44,665 nt of DNA, taken from positions 1-44,665 of the IMG/VR virus record IMGVR_UViG_3300024254_000013; one strand, given 5' to 3'. This DNA is from a virus. Lineage: Duplodnaviria; Caudoviricetes. The translations under genes and the position numbers were made by a program. The notes beneath the pieces were generated by a model. That model did no database searches, was not told where the DNA came from, and was given only the letters and a program-made list of their open reading frames with translations. This document shows positions 35,795-44,105 of the stretch, piece by piece (within the stretch, counting starts at the first letter, position 1; each line of letters begins with the position of its first letter).

Positions 35795-36022
35795 GGGGAA
35801 AGATCGGAGGTTAAGGGGTGTAAACGGGGGGTCTAAATCGGGCGGGGTTTTAGGGGGTATTTGGAGGGGCTGTTTTGCGCCTTTTGGCTGAAATCGATTT
35901 AAAGGCCCCAAACTTGGCGTTTTAGCGGGGGGTGGGTATCTGGGGCCATTATGACCCCCCAAAGCCCAAGGACGCCCCGAAAGCGGCTATTTGGCGGGGT
36001 GCCGGGCGGCGCTTGCCGGGGC

Positions 36023-37171
36023 CTATCCCGGCGCGCCTGCTGCCATGCGGTCCAGGTATCGGCGTTTGAGTGTGGGGTATTTTTCGTCGGTGATGAGGTA
36101 CTCCATCTGCCGCTGAAATTCCCGCATGGCGAATCGCTGGCCAACGGCGTGGTCATAGCTCTTGGTGCCCGGCGTGATGAATAGCTCCCAGCAGGCTTGG
36201 ATTTCATGCAGGGCCCGGACGACGAAAATTTGCCGCAGCGCCTCCTGGTCGTCCGGTTCGCGCCATGCCTTCCGGGCCTTGCCGCGGGCCCAGCCGGGGA
36301 CCATCGGTTCGACCCAGGCTTTGAATTCGCGCAGTGGATCCGGGGGGCCTTCTACTGGCGCCGTTTCCCGCTTTTGGGATTCTTGCGCAAGCAAAGCCGT
36401 ATCGTCCTCCTCGCGCGCGGTCTGGTGTTCAACGGCAGTATTACTACTGGACGGCTTAGGCTGTAAGCCGTTCTCTCTAACATCTACTTCTAGGGATAAG
36501 GGTAAATCGTTTTTACCCTTAAGGGTAGAATTCATGGTATAGAGGTCTTCACCCTTAAGGGTAAACCACTCCCCCTGTAACCTCTTATTGGCGAAAAGTT
36601 CGTGTATCATTTTTTCTGATTGCCCCATATTATCGACGGGCCATGTCATTACCAATTCCATTTTATCGCCGTGGCTCTTTTGGCGGATCTTGTAGAGACG
36701 CTGCGTTGGATTCATCGCAATTCCTATCTTAATTGCACCATCAGATTGTCTGCGAATTGCATAAATATGTCCTGGTTTTTGATAATTTTCTACAAGATTT
36801 GGGTTGCCGCCCCTAGATCCAGAGGCCCGCTGCAGGTGCCTATCGGCCTCATCCCGGACCATGCGCCGGCAGTAAATAATCCCATTGGAATCCTTGGAGT
36901 AGACCCCATAGTGCTCTAGTTCTGCGAGGCATTTCTTGATTAAAGCTGGGCTGGTTTGACGGACTAACCGGGTGAGTTCCTTTACCCCTATAGATTGCCC
37001 ATTAATGGAGAGATGCCCATAGGGTTTGCCGTGGTGCATGATGGCTATCATTCGCATCCATAGGCCCTGGGCGGCCAAGGAACAACACATCAACTGCAAA
37101 TCACTAGACCAATCATCAAAGCTGAATTTAACCCACGGCAGCTTGCTTGAGTTTTGCGTGTCTGAATCCAT
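36023..37171 (-). CDS. Replication initiator with internal T5orf172/GIY-YIG-like domain
   Basis: PW.KF..DDW..D..L..CS..A.GLW...RRMVRD...GGNP N-terminus typical of phage initiators; GHIYAI...IKIG...P..RL...E..IH..F...RL.GEWF insert. Confidence 0.8.
   Translation of the reverse strand: MDSDTQNSSKLPWVKFSFDDWSSDLQLMCCSLAAQGLWMRMIAIMHHGKPYGHLSINGQSIGVKELTRLVRQTSPALIKKCLAELEHYGVYSKDSNGIIYCRRMVRDEADRHLQRASGSRGGNPNLVENYQKPGHIYAIRRQSDGAIKIGIAMNPTQRLYKIRQKSHGDKMELVMTWPVDNMGQSEKMIHELFANKRLQGEWFTLKGEDLYTMNSTLKGKNDLPLSLEVDVRENGLQPKPSSSNTAVEHQTAREEDDTALLAQESQKRETAPVEGPPDPLREFKAWVEPMVPGWARGKARKAWREPDDQEALRQIFVVRALHEIQACWELFITPGTKSYDHAVGQRFAMREFQRQMEYLITDEKYPTLKRRYLDRMAAGAPG
36497..36565. repeat. Putative iterons (ACCCTTAAGGGT palindromes), candidate replication origin
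   Basis: Half site TAAGGGTAAA at 36497, TTTACCCTTAAGGGTAGAA at 36512 and TTCACCCTTAAGGGTAAA at 36548, all inside the initiator gene. Confidence 0.6.
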
Positions 37172-37209
37172 CTTAAGTCCCTCCCCCAATTATCCCTAAT
37201 ACGTTTATT

Positions 37210-37428
37210 TTATCGCCCCAAGGCGGCCTCTTTGGCCTGCTCGGCGTGCTGCTTTGCCCAGATCTTTTGAAAACAAGAAATCATCTGAGGGATGAGTCTG
37301 AATTCAACCTCAATCCCTTTTTGCGTTGGCCTTGGACCTTTCTTTGTGATCCGCCAATAGCGCACATCCACCATCAGTTTACCGTCGATCTCGAAGGGGG
37401 ATAGCTGTATGTTTTCTTTATTTTCCAT
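37210..37428 (-). CDS. PC4/YdbC-like ssDNA-binding protein
   Basis: I.LS.F...G...VDVR.W......PTQKGI. Confidence 0.85.
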   Translation of the reverse strand: MENKENIQLSPFEIDGKLMVDVRYWRITKKGPRPTQKGIEVEFRLIPQMISCFQKIWAKQHAEQAKEAALGR

Positions 37429-37514
37429 AGTGCCTCCAGGTGCCCGCCGTCAGAACCATGCGCCATTATGCCGCGAATTGACGTGGCCTATTGTGCAACA
37501 CGTTCCCAAGGAAA

Positions 37515-38846
37515 TCAAATCCGCACCGCCGTTTTGCCCGTGGCTTTCTCCCAACGCATCACGATCACGTCGCAATATTTAGGGTCGAGCTCGACGCCGA
37601 TAAACCGGCGGTGCGTCTGGTCGCAACCCATCAGGGTAGAGCCCGAGCCCGAGCCCGAGAATAAATCAAGCACTGTGCCGCCGGGAGGACATGAATTCTG
37701 GATGGCATACGCGCTCAGCGCGACGGGCTTTTGCATGGGATGAACGTAGGAGCTATTCGCGTCCTTGGAAAATTCCCAAACGGTCGTCAGCGCGCGGCCG
37801 CCGGCCCAGAAATGGTGCTTGCCTTCTTTCCAGCCATACCAGCAGATCTCGTGTTTCCATTGGTAGTCGGCCTGGCCCAGGACGAGCGTATTTTTAACCC
37901 AGACGATTTGCGATTGGACGTGAATGCCGCCGTCTTTCAGAGCCTTCACGATCTCGTATCCCTGGTCCATCTGCGCGCTCCAGCAGTAAACGGGCGCCGC
38001 TTCTTTCACGCCGATCAAAATAGACGCGACCCACGACGCGCTGAAATCGTAAAGCGTGTCGCCCTGCTTTTCGTCGTTGGCGATCGCGTCCCATTTCTTC
38101 GCGCGCGGGTTGTGGTTGGCCTCGCCGAATTTCACGCCATAGGGGGGATCGGTAAAGACCATGTCGGCGGCCGCGCCGGCGGCTTTGATTAACCGCTCAA
38201 TCGTCGTCGGCGCGCAAGAGTCGCCGCAGATCAGGATGTGATCGCCCATCGTGATTAAATCGCCGAGTTTGGTCTTGGCGACCTTCGGCGGCTCCGGGGC
38301 CTCGTCTTCTTGGATGTCGGAGGTGTCAATGAAACTGTCGAAGAGCTCGCTTAGGCGCAGCTCCTCAAACGCCTCCGGCATTTTGCCCTGAATTTCGTTT
38401 AAGAGTTCCTGCAGCTCGTCGGTGAATTCCCCGGCGACATGCGGGTTGTTGAGGGTGATGTTGAGCGCGCGCTCGTCGTCCGGGCCCAAATCGACCACCA
38501 CCACATCAGCCTCTTCCACGCCCTGGTCCAACATAGCCTCGCGCCGCTGGTGGCCGCCCACGATTTGTTTGGAGCGCTTATTCCACACGATGGGCTGCAC
38601 CAGCCCAAAGCGGGATAAACTCGCGCTTAAACCACCCTTGGCCTCTTCCGTGATGGTGCGGGGGTTATACGGCGCGGGGTCCAGGTCTTCGAGGCGCATT
38701 CGCGTGATATCGTGCCGCGCGATGATGCGCTGAGTTTTGACAGGTTGAGCGGCGCGCTTACCACCAAGGGGAGGAGGAGGGTTTTTATTTGATTGGTTTG
38801 GAGCTCGTTGTTTACGTTGTGCAGGGCGTCTCTTAGCAGCAGGCAT
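37515..38846 (-). CDS. ParB-like domain fused to an N6A/N4C DNA methyltransferase
   Basis: PAPYNPR...IVGGHQR (ParB-N); DMVFTDPPY, HP.QKPV, VLDLFSGSGSGST and ELDPKYCDVI. Confidence 0.92.
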   Translation of the reverse strand: MPAAKRRPAQRKQRAPNQSNKNPPPPLGGKRAAQPVKTQRIIARHDITRMRLEDLDPAPYNPRTITEEAKGGLSASLSRFGLVQPIVWNKRSKQIVGGHQRREAMLDQGVEEADVVVVDLGPDDERALNITLNNPHVAGEFTDELQELLNEIQGKMPEAFEELRLSELFDSFIDTSDIQEDEAPEPPKVAKTKLGDLITMGDHILICGDSCAPTTIERLIKAAGAAADMVFTDPPYGVKFGEANHNPRAKKWDAIANDEKQGDTLYDFSASWVASILIGVKEAAPVYCWSAQMDQGYEIVKALKDGGIHVQSQIVWVKNTLVLGQADYQWKHEICWYGWKEGKHHFWAGGRALTTVWEFSKDANSSYVHPMQKPVALSAYAIQNSCPPGGTVLDLFSGSGSGSTLMGCDQTHRRFIGVELDPKYCDVIVMRWEKATGKTAVRI

Positions 38847-38932
38847 TCTTCAATTAACTCCTCGCGCGAAAAATAGCGGTACATCCGTGTGACGTCAGGC
38901 CTTGGGCATCGTCGCATTTTTAGTCCTTTCGC

Positions 38933-39124
38933 TCAAACTAAGATCTTCATTTGCGCGCGCTCGTTACAAATCCGTTTCTCTGCCATCACCACATAGTCTG
39001 GATTTAACTCTGTTCCGATGAATTGCCGGCCATACTGTGCGGCGACAAGCGCCGTCGTACCGGCGCCCATAAACGGATCGAGAATCACGTCGCCATGACG
39101 GGATCCAGCCAGGTCTGGATGCAT
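38933..39124 (-). pseudogene. Orphan C-terminal fragment of a DNA methyltransferase (SAM-binding motif I only)
   Basis: LAGSRHGDVILDPFMGAGTT...FIGTELNPDY; no upstream DPPY-containing part, yet preceded by GGAGG-ATG. Confidence 0.75.
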
Positions 39125-39141
39125 AAGTCCTCCCCTCCCGA

Positions 39142-39177
39142 AAAAGAGAGGCCGGCAGGATGGGCCCGCCGGCCTCG
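39142..39177 (-). terminator. Intrinsic terminator after the CBM-like gene
   Basis: GAGGCCGGC...GCCGGCCTC hairpin followed by TCTTTTT on the minus strand. Confidence 0.75.
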
Positions 39178-39180
39178 AAT

Positions 39181-39258
39181 CTATCTATGCCATGCCGCAA
39201 ATGCCATTAACAAAAAAAGAAGCAATGCGAAATAGGCGTGTTGGTTGTAGCGATTCAT
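39181..39258 (-). CDS. 25-aa hydrophobic peptide
   Basis: MNRYNQHAYFALLLFLLMAFAAWHR; ATGA overlap with the upstream stop. Confidence 0.45.
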   Translation of the reverse strand: MNRYNQHAYFALLLFLLMAFAAWHR

Positions 39259-39833
39259 TTCTCGTAACGTATGTCGTCTAAGTAAATCACAAAGCCATCT
39301 GGGTTGTCGTCGCGCGAGGCCGACCACGCGAAACCGCCGATGATGTTGCTGAGGTTTTTATCCGCCAGGTCGATGGTGTATTTTTTCCACTCTTTGCCCA
39401 GCGTGACCGGGCCCATCTCAATAGCGTCCGAATCGCCATGCTCGCCATTGATGCCGCCGACTTTAAACGTGGCGATCTTCTCCTCGCCTTTTTCGCCGCG
39501 GGCCCAGAAGGTCAGGCGCTTGTAAGCGGTGAGGTCGTACCCGCCCGCTCGGTCGCCCCAATTGTTCGCCGGCGATTGCCAGAATGCCCCGGCCCAGCCT
39601 GCGCCCTGTTTGCCCAGCGCGGTGTAGGTCCATTTGATGGCGGTCTTTCCTGCGTGGGGATTTAAGGTCGCGCCGTCGTCGACTTTGAGGTCGCCGTAGT
39701 CGCCCATCCATCCCGAGGGAACGAAGTGGTTGGTGGGTGCGCCTTTATCGCTGTAGATGTAAAACACGTCGGTGGCGGGTGCGGCGATTGCGGATGCGGC
39801 GATACAGCCAACAAGCATCATGACTTTGATCAT
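39255..39833 (-). CDS. Secreted carbohydrate-binding-module-like protein (CBM11/CIA30-type galactose-binding fold)
   Basis: Signal peptide MIKVMMLVGCIAASAIA; HF.PSGWMGD, WAG..W..P.NNWG, LTFWARG..G.E, L..EWKKYTIDL and YLDDIRYE. Confidence 0.8.
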   Translation of the reverse strand: MIKVMMLVGCIAASAIAAPATDVFYIYSDKGAPTNHFVPSGWMGDYGDLKVDDGATLNPHAGKTAIKWTYTALGKQGAGWAGAFWQSPANNWGDRAGGYDLTAYKRLTFWARGEKGEEKIATFKVGGINGEHGDSDAIEMGPVTLGKEWKKYTIDLADKNLSNIIGGFAWSASRDDNPDGFVIYLDDIRYEK

Positions 39834-39870
39834 GGCGTAAGTCCTCCTTGTTTTTTGAACGACAAATTTT

Positions 39871-40131
39871 CTAGTCCCCGCCTCCTTTGGGTTCGCTGAA
39901 ATGACGGTCGGGTGCTTCACGATTTTTGCCGCTGAATTCGTTGGCGTTCGGGCAGGTTGAAAAATGGCTGACGTAGAGTTTCTCGCCGATCAAATTCGGC
40001 GGGACTTTCACGGCGACGTTGTCGACGACGCTGTACACGGTGATGTTGGGATCCAGCGGAATGCTGAACCCCTTACTGGACTTGGCCCAGAGGATGTCCC
40101 GGCCGCAGCCTTTGCAAATGGCGAGGTTCAT
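39871..40131 (-). CDS. Small zinc-binding phage protein
   Basis: CKGCG..I.W....G..IPLD...Y.SHF.TCP.A..F. Confidence 0.8.
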   Translation of the reverse strand: MNLAICKGCGRDILWAKSSKGFSIPLDPNITVYSVVDNVAVKVPPNLIGEKLYVSHFSTCPNANEFSGKNREAPDRHFSEPKGGGD

Positions 40132-40865
40132 TCGGATACCTCCGTCGCCACCTGGCTTTCATGCGGCACGCGATCCGATACAAAGGCGCAGTATTCGCAG
40201 GCGGGTTTGGGCACGCCCTTCTTGCTGATCGTCATCTCCATCGCCGGCGGCTCCGGCAATTTTAGGCATTCCACGGCGTCGTGGACCAGCTTCACCGCGC
40301 GCGCTGGATCGGTTTGCATTTTCACGACCGCGGTGTGGAATTTAAACTCGCCGTGCCCGGACACGGTATCCGGCCAATAATAGCCGAGGTATCCGTCGCC
40401 GTTGCATTTGAGCCCGCAGCCCTGCTCGACCAGGAGGTGGTAGCAGTCCAGCTGCGTGCCGTAATACTCCTCGGACGCGCCTTCCTTCGGCGCCGCCCCG
40501 CGCGTCTTGTAATCGTAGGGGCTGCAGAGCCCGTCGTCCCAAATGATGAGCTCGTCCAGGGCGCCCGAGAGCAGCGCAATGCCGTCCACCTCGATGATGA
40601 GGTTGCGCCAGTTACGCCAGCGCTCAAGCGCCTCGCGGTCGTGATAGGGCTTGGCCCCGGTCAGGTGCGCCATCTCGGGCGGCAGCGTGCCCTGGCTCAT
40701 GTGCTGGTCGAAATACGTTTTCAGCACGCGGTCCACGCCGCCCGGCAACGATGGGAAGATGCCTCGCGGCTGGACGATCTTGTGGTTCTGCGCAAGCCAA
40801 AAGCACCGCGGGCAATCCTCGTAAACCCCCAGCGACGAATTGGAAAACCGGATCAGCTCGCTCAT
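40128..40865 (-). CDS. PD-(D/E)XK nuclease, RecB/Cas4-like (four-Cys)
   Basis: S.S.L..Y..CPRCFW, G.LD....DYKT, QL..Y and C.YC. Confidence 0.88.
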   Translation of the reverse strand: MSELIRFSNSSLGVYEDCPRCFWLAQNHKIVQPRGIFPSLPGGVDRVLKTYFDQHMSQGTLPPEMAHLTGAKPYHDREALERWRNWRNLIIEVDGIALLSGALDELIIWDDGLCSPYDYKTRGAAPKEGASEEYYGTQLDCYHLLVEQGCGLKCNGDGYLGYYWPDTVSGHGEFKFHTAVVKMQTDPARAVKLVHDAVECLKLPEPPAMEMTISKKGVPKPACEYCAFVSDRVPHESQVATEVSE

Positions 40866-41617
40866 TTGGGACCTCCTACGGTCACGCTGCTGGGCGTGGC
40901 ATAACACTGCACGCCGTGCTTGGCGAATTCGGCCATGTTCCCGTTCAGCTTGGCGGCATAGCCCTTAAGCTTTGAACGCAGGTCGTCGATATCGATCCAC
41001 TCGTGGTATTCGGGATGCGCCGCAATGTGCTTGAGCAGCGCGCCCAGGTCTTCGATCTCCACGCGATAATCCATTTTCCAGGCGGCGTTCTCGATCTTGG
41101 GCATGGCGATCGTCTTGGGCACGAAGGCCAGCGGTTTGCGCGCGACGGATTTCGCCTCTTTCTCTTTACCGAGGTCCATCAGCGTCTGGATGGTTTTCTC
41201 TTTTTTCTCCTCGGCTTTTTGAATGTCCTTGGTGGCCTGCTTTTCTTGGAGGAGTTTGATGCGGTTTGATTCGTCGAGATACCAGCGGTCCATTTTCGTC
41301 TTGGCGTCTTTGAATAGCTTCTCGCAGGGGTTGACGTAGGAATTGATCTCGGCATCGACTTCGCGCTTTAAGGCCAGCAGCTTTTTACTGGCCTCGCCCA
41401 GCATTCCCGATTCGACGGAGCGGATAAAGTCCCGCACCTCAACGCGCCAGGCCGACGCCTTCTGCGCGCCCTCTTCGTTTTTAATCCCGGCAATGATCTT
41501 GGGGCCTTCGCGTTCCAATTTCGCCAGCGTCTTTTTGTAATGTTCGCGTTGCGCTTCCGTGACCGTCATCACGCGCAGCTGCGTGGTAGGCGTTACTTCC
41601 ATGATGTCCTGTGACAT
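40862..41617 (-). CDS. Coiled-coil protein (Gam/Gp157-like) in the recombination module
   Basis: Long helical K/E-rich region, then W...Y.VEI.DL; GGAGG RBS. Confidence 0.65.
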   Translation of the reverse strand: MSQDIMEVTPTTQLRVMTVTEAQREHYKKTLAKLEREGPKIIAGIKNEEGAQKASAWRVEVRDFIRSVESGMLGEASKKLLALKREVDAEINSYVNPCEKLFKDAKTKMDRWYLDESNRIKLLQEKQATKDIQKAEEKKEKTIQTLMDLGKEKEAKSVARKPLAFVPKTIAMPKIENAAWKMDYRVEIEDLGALLKHIAAHPEYHEWIDIDDLRSKLKGYAAKLNGNMAEFAKHGVQCYATPSSVTVGGPK

Positions 41618-41649
41618 TTTAAGTCCTCCATTTTTCCCGAGTTAACAGT

Positions 41650-42321
41650 CTAGTACGACAAGATCTTGGTCAATTTTTGCGGCGGCTGTTTTAAATGCCG
41701 CTGCACGGTTTTCAGGTTTGATTGCCACACGTAATAGTCGTCCTCGTCGTCGAATTCTTTGACCCTGAATTTACCGTTTTTCTTAAGCTCCACGCCAATG
41801 CGCCGGCGCGTCTTTCGCTGGTCTTTATCCCAGGCATGAATCGCCATGTCGTGGGCGGCCGTCTGGATCGCGGTCCACCAGGGCATGACCCCCGTTTTAA
41901 TTTCCACAATCGCCTCGTCACCCTGCAATATCAGCCCTTCCCCGTCGGGCGTAGTGGCATAATGACGCTCCGTATTATATATCGGAACCTCGCGTAAACG
42001 CGGCCTCCATTTCCATATTTCTTTGAATTCGGCGAAGGCCTCCACGAACCCCAGGAAGAGGTGGTGGATCTTATTCCAGACGCCTGTGTCGCCGTCGTCG
42101 ATAAGGTGCGTGGCATGGTGGACGTAGGACCCTCGGTAGCGTGTCTCCTCGGTGTAGTAGGTGGGGTCCACATACCGCACCTGCAGGAACAGGCCCGAGG
42201 GACTCCATAGGCGTTGATCCCGCAGCAGGTACTCGTGCGGGTCGGACAGGAATTTAAAGGTCGGGTCTTTTTTCTCGAAGAACCGCCAGTCGGGGATTCC
42301 CTTAAGCGTCTCGGTGAGCAA
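41650..42321 (-). CDS. PD-(D/E)XK exonuclease-like protein (start approximate)
   Basis: H.Y...PS...RGS.VH...E...Y....YATTPD...IVEIKTG......Q.AA. Confidence 0.8.
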   Translation of the reverse strand: MLTETLKGIPDWRFFEKKDPTFKFLSDPHEYLLRDQRLWSPSGLFLQVRYVDPTYYTEETRYRGSYVHHATHLIDDGDTGVWNKIHHLFLGFVEAFAEFKEIWKWRPRLREVPIYNTERHYATTPDGEGLILQGDEAIVEIKTGVMPWWTAIQTAAHDMAIHAWDKDQRKTRRRIGVELKKNGKFRVKEFDDEDDYYVWQSNLKTVQRHLKQPPQKLTKILSY

Positions 42322-43210
42322 TGTGGTAACGGCCCTTGTCCACGCCTTCGCCGATGTAGAGCATGGGCATACCCGTCTGGATGAATTCATTGCATAGCTT
42401 ACAGGGCGCGTCGAATTTAGCGTTCATCTCCCGCGCGCCTTTCAGGTTAATCTGCGCCTTCGGCGGCTGCGGGGGTTGCTCCTCTTCTTCGCTGGCAGCG
42501 GCAGGCGGCGGCGTCGCTGCGGGCTTTTGCATGGACGGTGCGGGTGTGCGCTCAATCATGGGCGGCCGCTTTTCATTCGCCATGTTCTGGCGCAGCGCGG
42601 GGTCCATATCCTCCAGGTCCTGCTCGAACACATCCGAGGCGGCGGTGCAGGTCAGCGTGGCGTCAATCAAGGCCCGCTTTTTGCACATTTTCAGAATCGT
42701 GTTGGCAACGTCGGCGATGTTCACGCGCACCTGCATGGCGGGTTTGCCCTCGTCGTAATATTTGAGGCGTCGCTGATCTTCCGGCGTGGCGTTGTATTCG
42801 CCGAGATACGCCTTTTTCCATTTGTACTTTTCCTCGTTAGAGGAGCATTCGCCGACGCCCCATCCGATTTCGGCCTTCGTGATCTGATGCGTCACGCGCA
42901 CGCGGATGCGATAGCGAATCTCGCCGGGGACCGAGAGGTCCTCAATCAGCGGCTCGCCGTTCAAGCGAAACAACACCATGATGTACTCGGCGCCGGGTTT
43001 ATACAGCGTGTTCTTCTTCGTGCCCGGAATGATCCCGTAATGCACGTCCGGTTTCATCACGCTCTTGAGCACCTGCTGAATGAGATTGACGTGGGCTTTG
43101 ATTTCGGCGGCGGTCAATTTCAGAACTTCGGGCGGCCGGGCCTCTTGGGCGACGATCTCATTGGTCATGGTTTTTTCCTTCTTCTGCGGTTTTGGTTTTA
43201 CCTCTGGCAT
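42302..43210 (-). CDS. Putative single-strand annealing/recombination protein
   Basis: HYGIIPGTKK.TLYKPGAE...NTILKM..KRALIDA.L....SD.F.QDLED; first gene of the early operon, next to the nucleases. Confidence 0.7.
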   Translation of the reverse strand: MPEVKPKPQKKEKTMTNEIVAQEARPPEVLKLTAAEIKAHVNLIQQVLKSVMKPDVHYGIIPGTKKNTLYKPGAEYIMVLFRLNGEPLIEDLSVPGEIRYRIRVRVTHQITKAEIGWGVGECSSNEEKYKWKKAYLGEYNATPEDQRRLKYYDEGKPAMQVRVNIADVANTILKMCKKRALIDATLTCTAASDVFEQDLEDMDPALRQNMANEKRPPMIERTPAPSMQKPAATPPPAAASEEEEQPPQPPKAQINLKGAREMNAKFDAPCKLCNEFIQTGMPMLYIGEGVDKGRYHIAHRDA

Positions 43211-43250
43211 GGTTTAAGTCCTCCCCAAACGTCGTCGATGTCATGCGGAT

Positions 43251-43279
43251 ATGGTGCCATAATGCCGCCACATTGTCAA
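43251..43279 (-). promoter_or_regulatory. Main early promoter with operator
   Basis: Perfect TTGACA-17 bp-CACCAT; operator GTGCCATAATGCCGC in the spacer. Confidence 0.7.
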
Positions 43280-43292
43280 ACACAAAATAAGC

Positions 43293-43332
43293 AAAAAATA
43301 GCCCGGCGCTCTGGGGAGAGGCCGGGCCTTTT
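43293..43332 (-). terminator. Terminator at the end of the late operon (possibly bidirectional)
   Basis: GCCCGGC...GCCGGGC hairpin with T-tracts on both sides. Confidence 0.75.
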
Positions 43333-43413
43333 GAGACTGTTATTCGGGATGCCAACCGGGGACTTAAGCCGATTGGCACCCATATCCTAGCAGAGCGCGA
43401 TTTTCCCAACAAG

Positions 43414-43833
43414 TTATTTTTTAATGTCGGGGGAGTCCTTGAATTTGCCGTTACCGGGATCGCCTTTCTGTCGATGGTCGTTCCAGGCGTGCCATCCTCC
43501 CAGGCGCACGCCCCAATAAATCGGCCAGCGCCGCCAGGCCGGGATATCGATCACCTTCATGGCCTCGAGCAGGATTTCATCGGCCTCTAGTCTGGACACC
43601 AGCGCGGCGTAATAGAGCCAGTCGTGGATCACGGCCGGCTGGTGCGCGGTGTCGCCCAGCATGGCGTAGATGATCCCGATGCGCGGCACCGAGGCGAAGT
43701 CGGTATAAAACCCGACCGGCACCTCAAAGGTCGTCCCGGCGAAATCGCTTTGATACCGGAACGGGTGATCGCAGACGGCGAATACCGAGTCGTTGATTTC
43801 CTGCACGCACAGCGCGTCGAGAAATTTCGACAT
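43414..43833 (-). CDS. DUF1353 family protein
   Basis: VP.GF.TDFASVP...PAVIHDWLY...AD.I..EAM...YWGVRLGG. Confidence 0.9.
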   Translation of the reverse strand: MSKFLDALCVQEINDSVFAVCDHPFRYQSDFAGTTFEVPVGFYTDFASVPRIGIIYAMLGDTAHQPAVIHDWLYYAALVSRLEADEILLEAMKVIDIPAWRRWPIYWGVRLGGWHAWNDHRQKGDPGNGKFKDSPDIKK

Positions 43834-44105
43834 TAGTCGGCGGGCTCGGCGTGCGTTTCGGGTGCGGGCTCCGGCTGTGGCGTCGGCGTTGCTGCGGCAG
43901 CTTCGGGATCCGCTTTCATGGCGACCTTGAGATTCTGCGCGGCGGCTAGGAGCGCAACTGAGGCGGCGGTCACCGCTTCGACTTTAGGATCCTGTTCGGC
44001 GGCGGCCAGTGCGGCGACACCCACGGCTTTTTCAACGCTTGGGGCATCGGCCTTAAAGATTTCTTCGATGAGGTGGAGCAGATGCGTGATGATGGGAACG
44101 TTCAT
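43833..44105 (-). CDS. Ala-rich hypothetical protein of the lysis region
   Basis: AAGGAGG RBS; amphipathic helices. Confidence 0.7.
   Translation of the reverse strand: MNVPIITHLLHLIEEIFKADAPSVEKAVGVAALAAAEQDPKVEAVTAASVALLAAAQNLKVAMKADPEAAAATPTPQPEPAPETHAEPAD

Noticed and set aside
35687-35962. 91-aa Pro-rich ORF
   Set aside because: A by-product of the G/C tracts; it crosses a promoter/operator and overlaps a better-supported gene
38627-38917. 96-aa ORF overlapping the methyltransferase 5' end
   Set aside because: It has an RBS-like sequence but overlaps the MTase ORF by over 200 nt and its C-terminal half looks like a shadow frame; left uncalled
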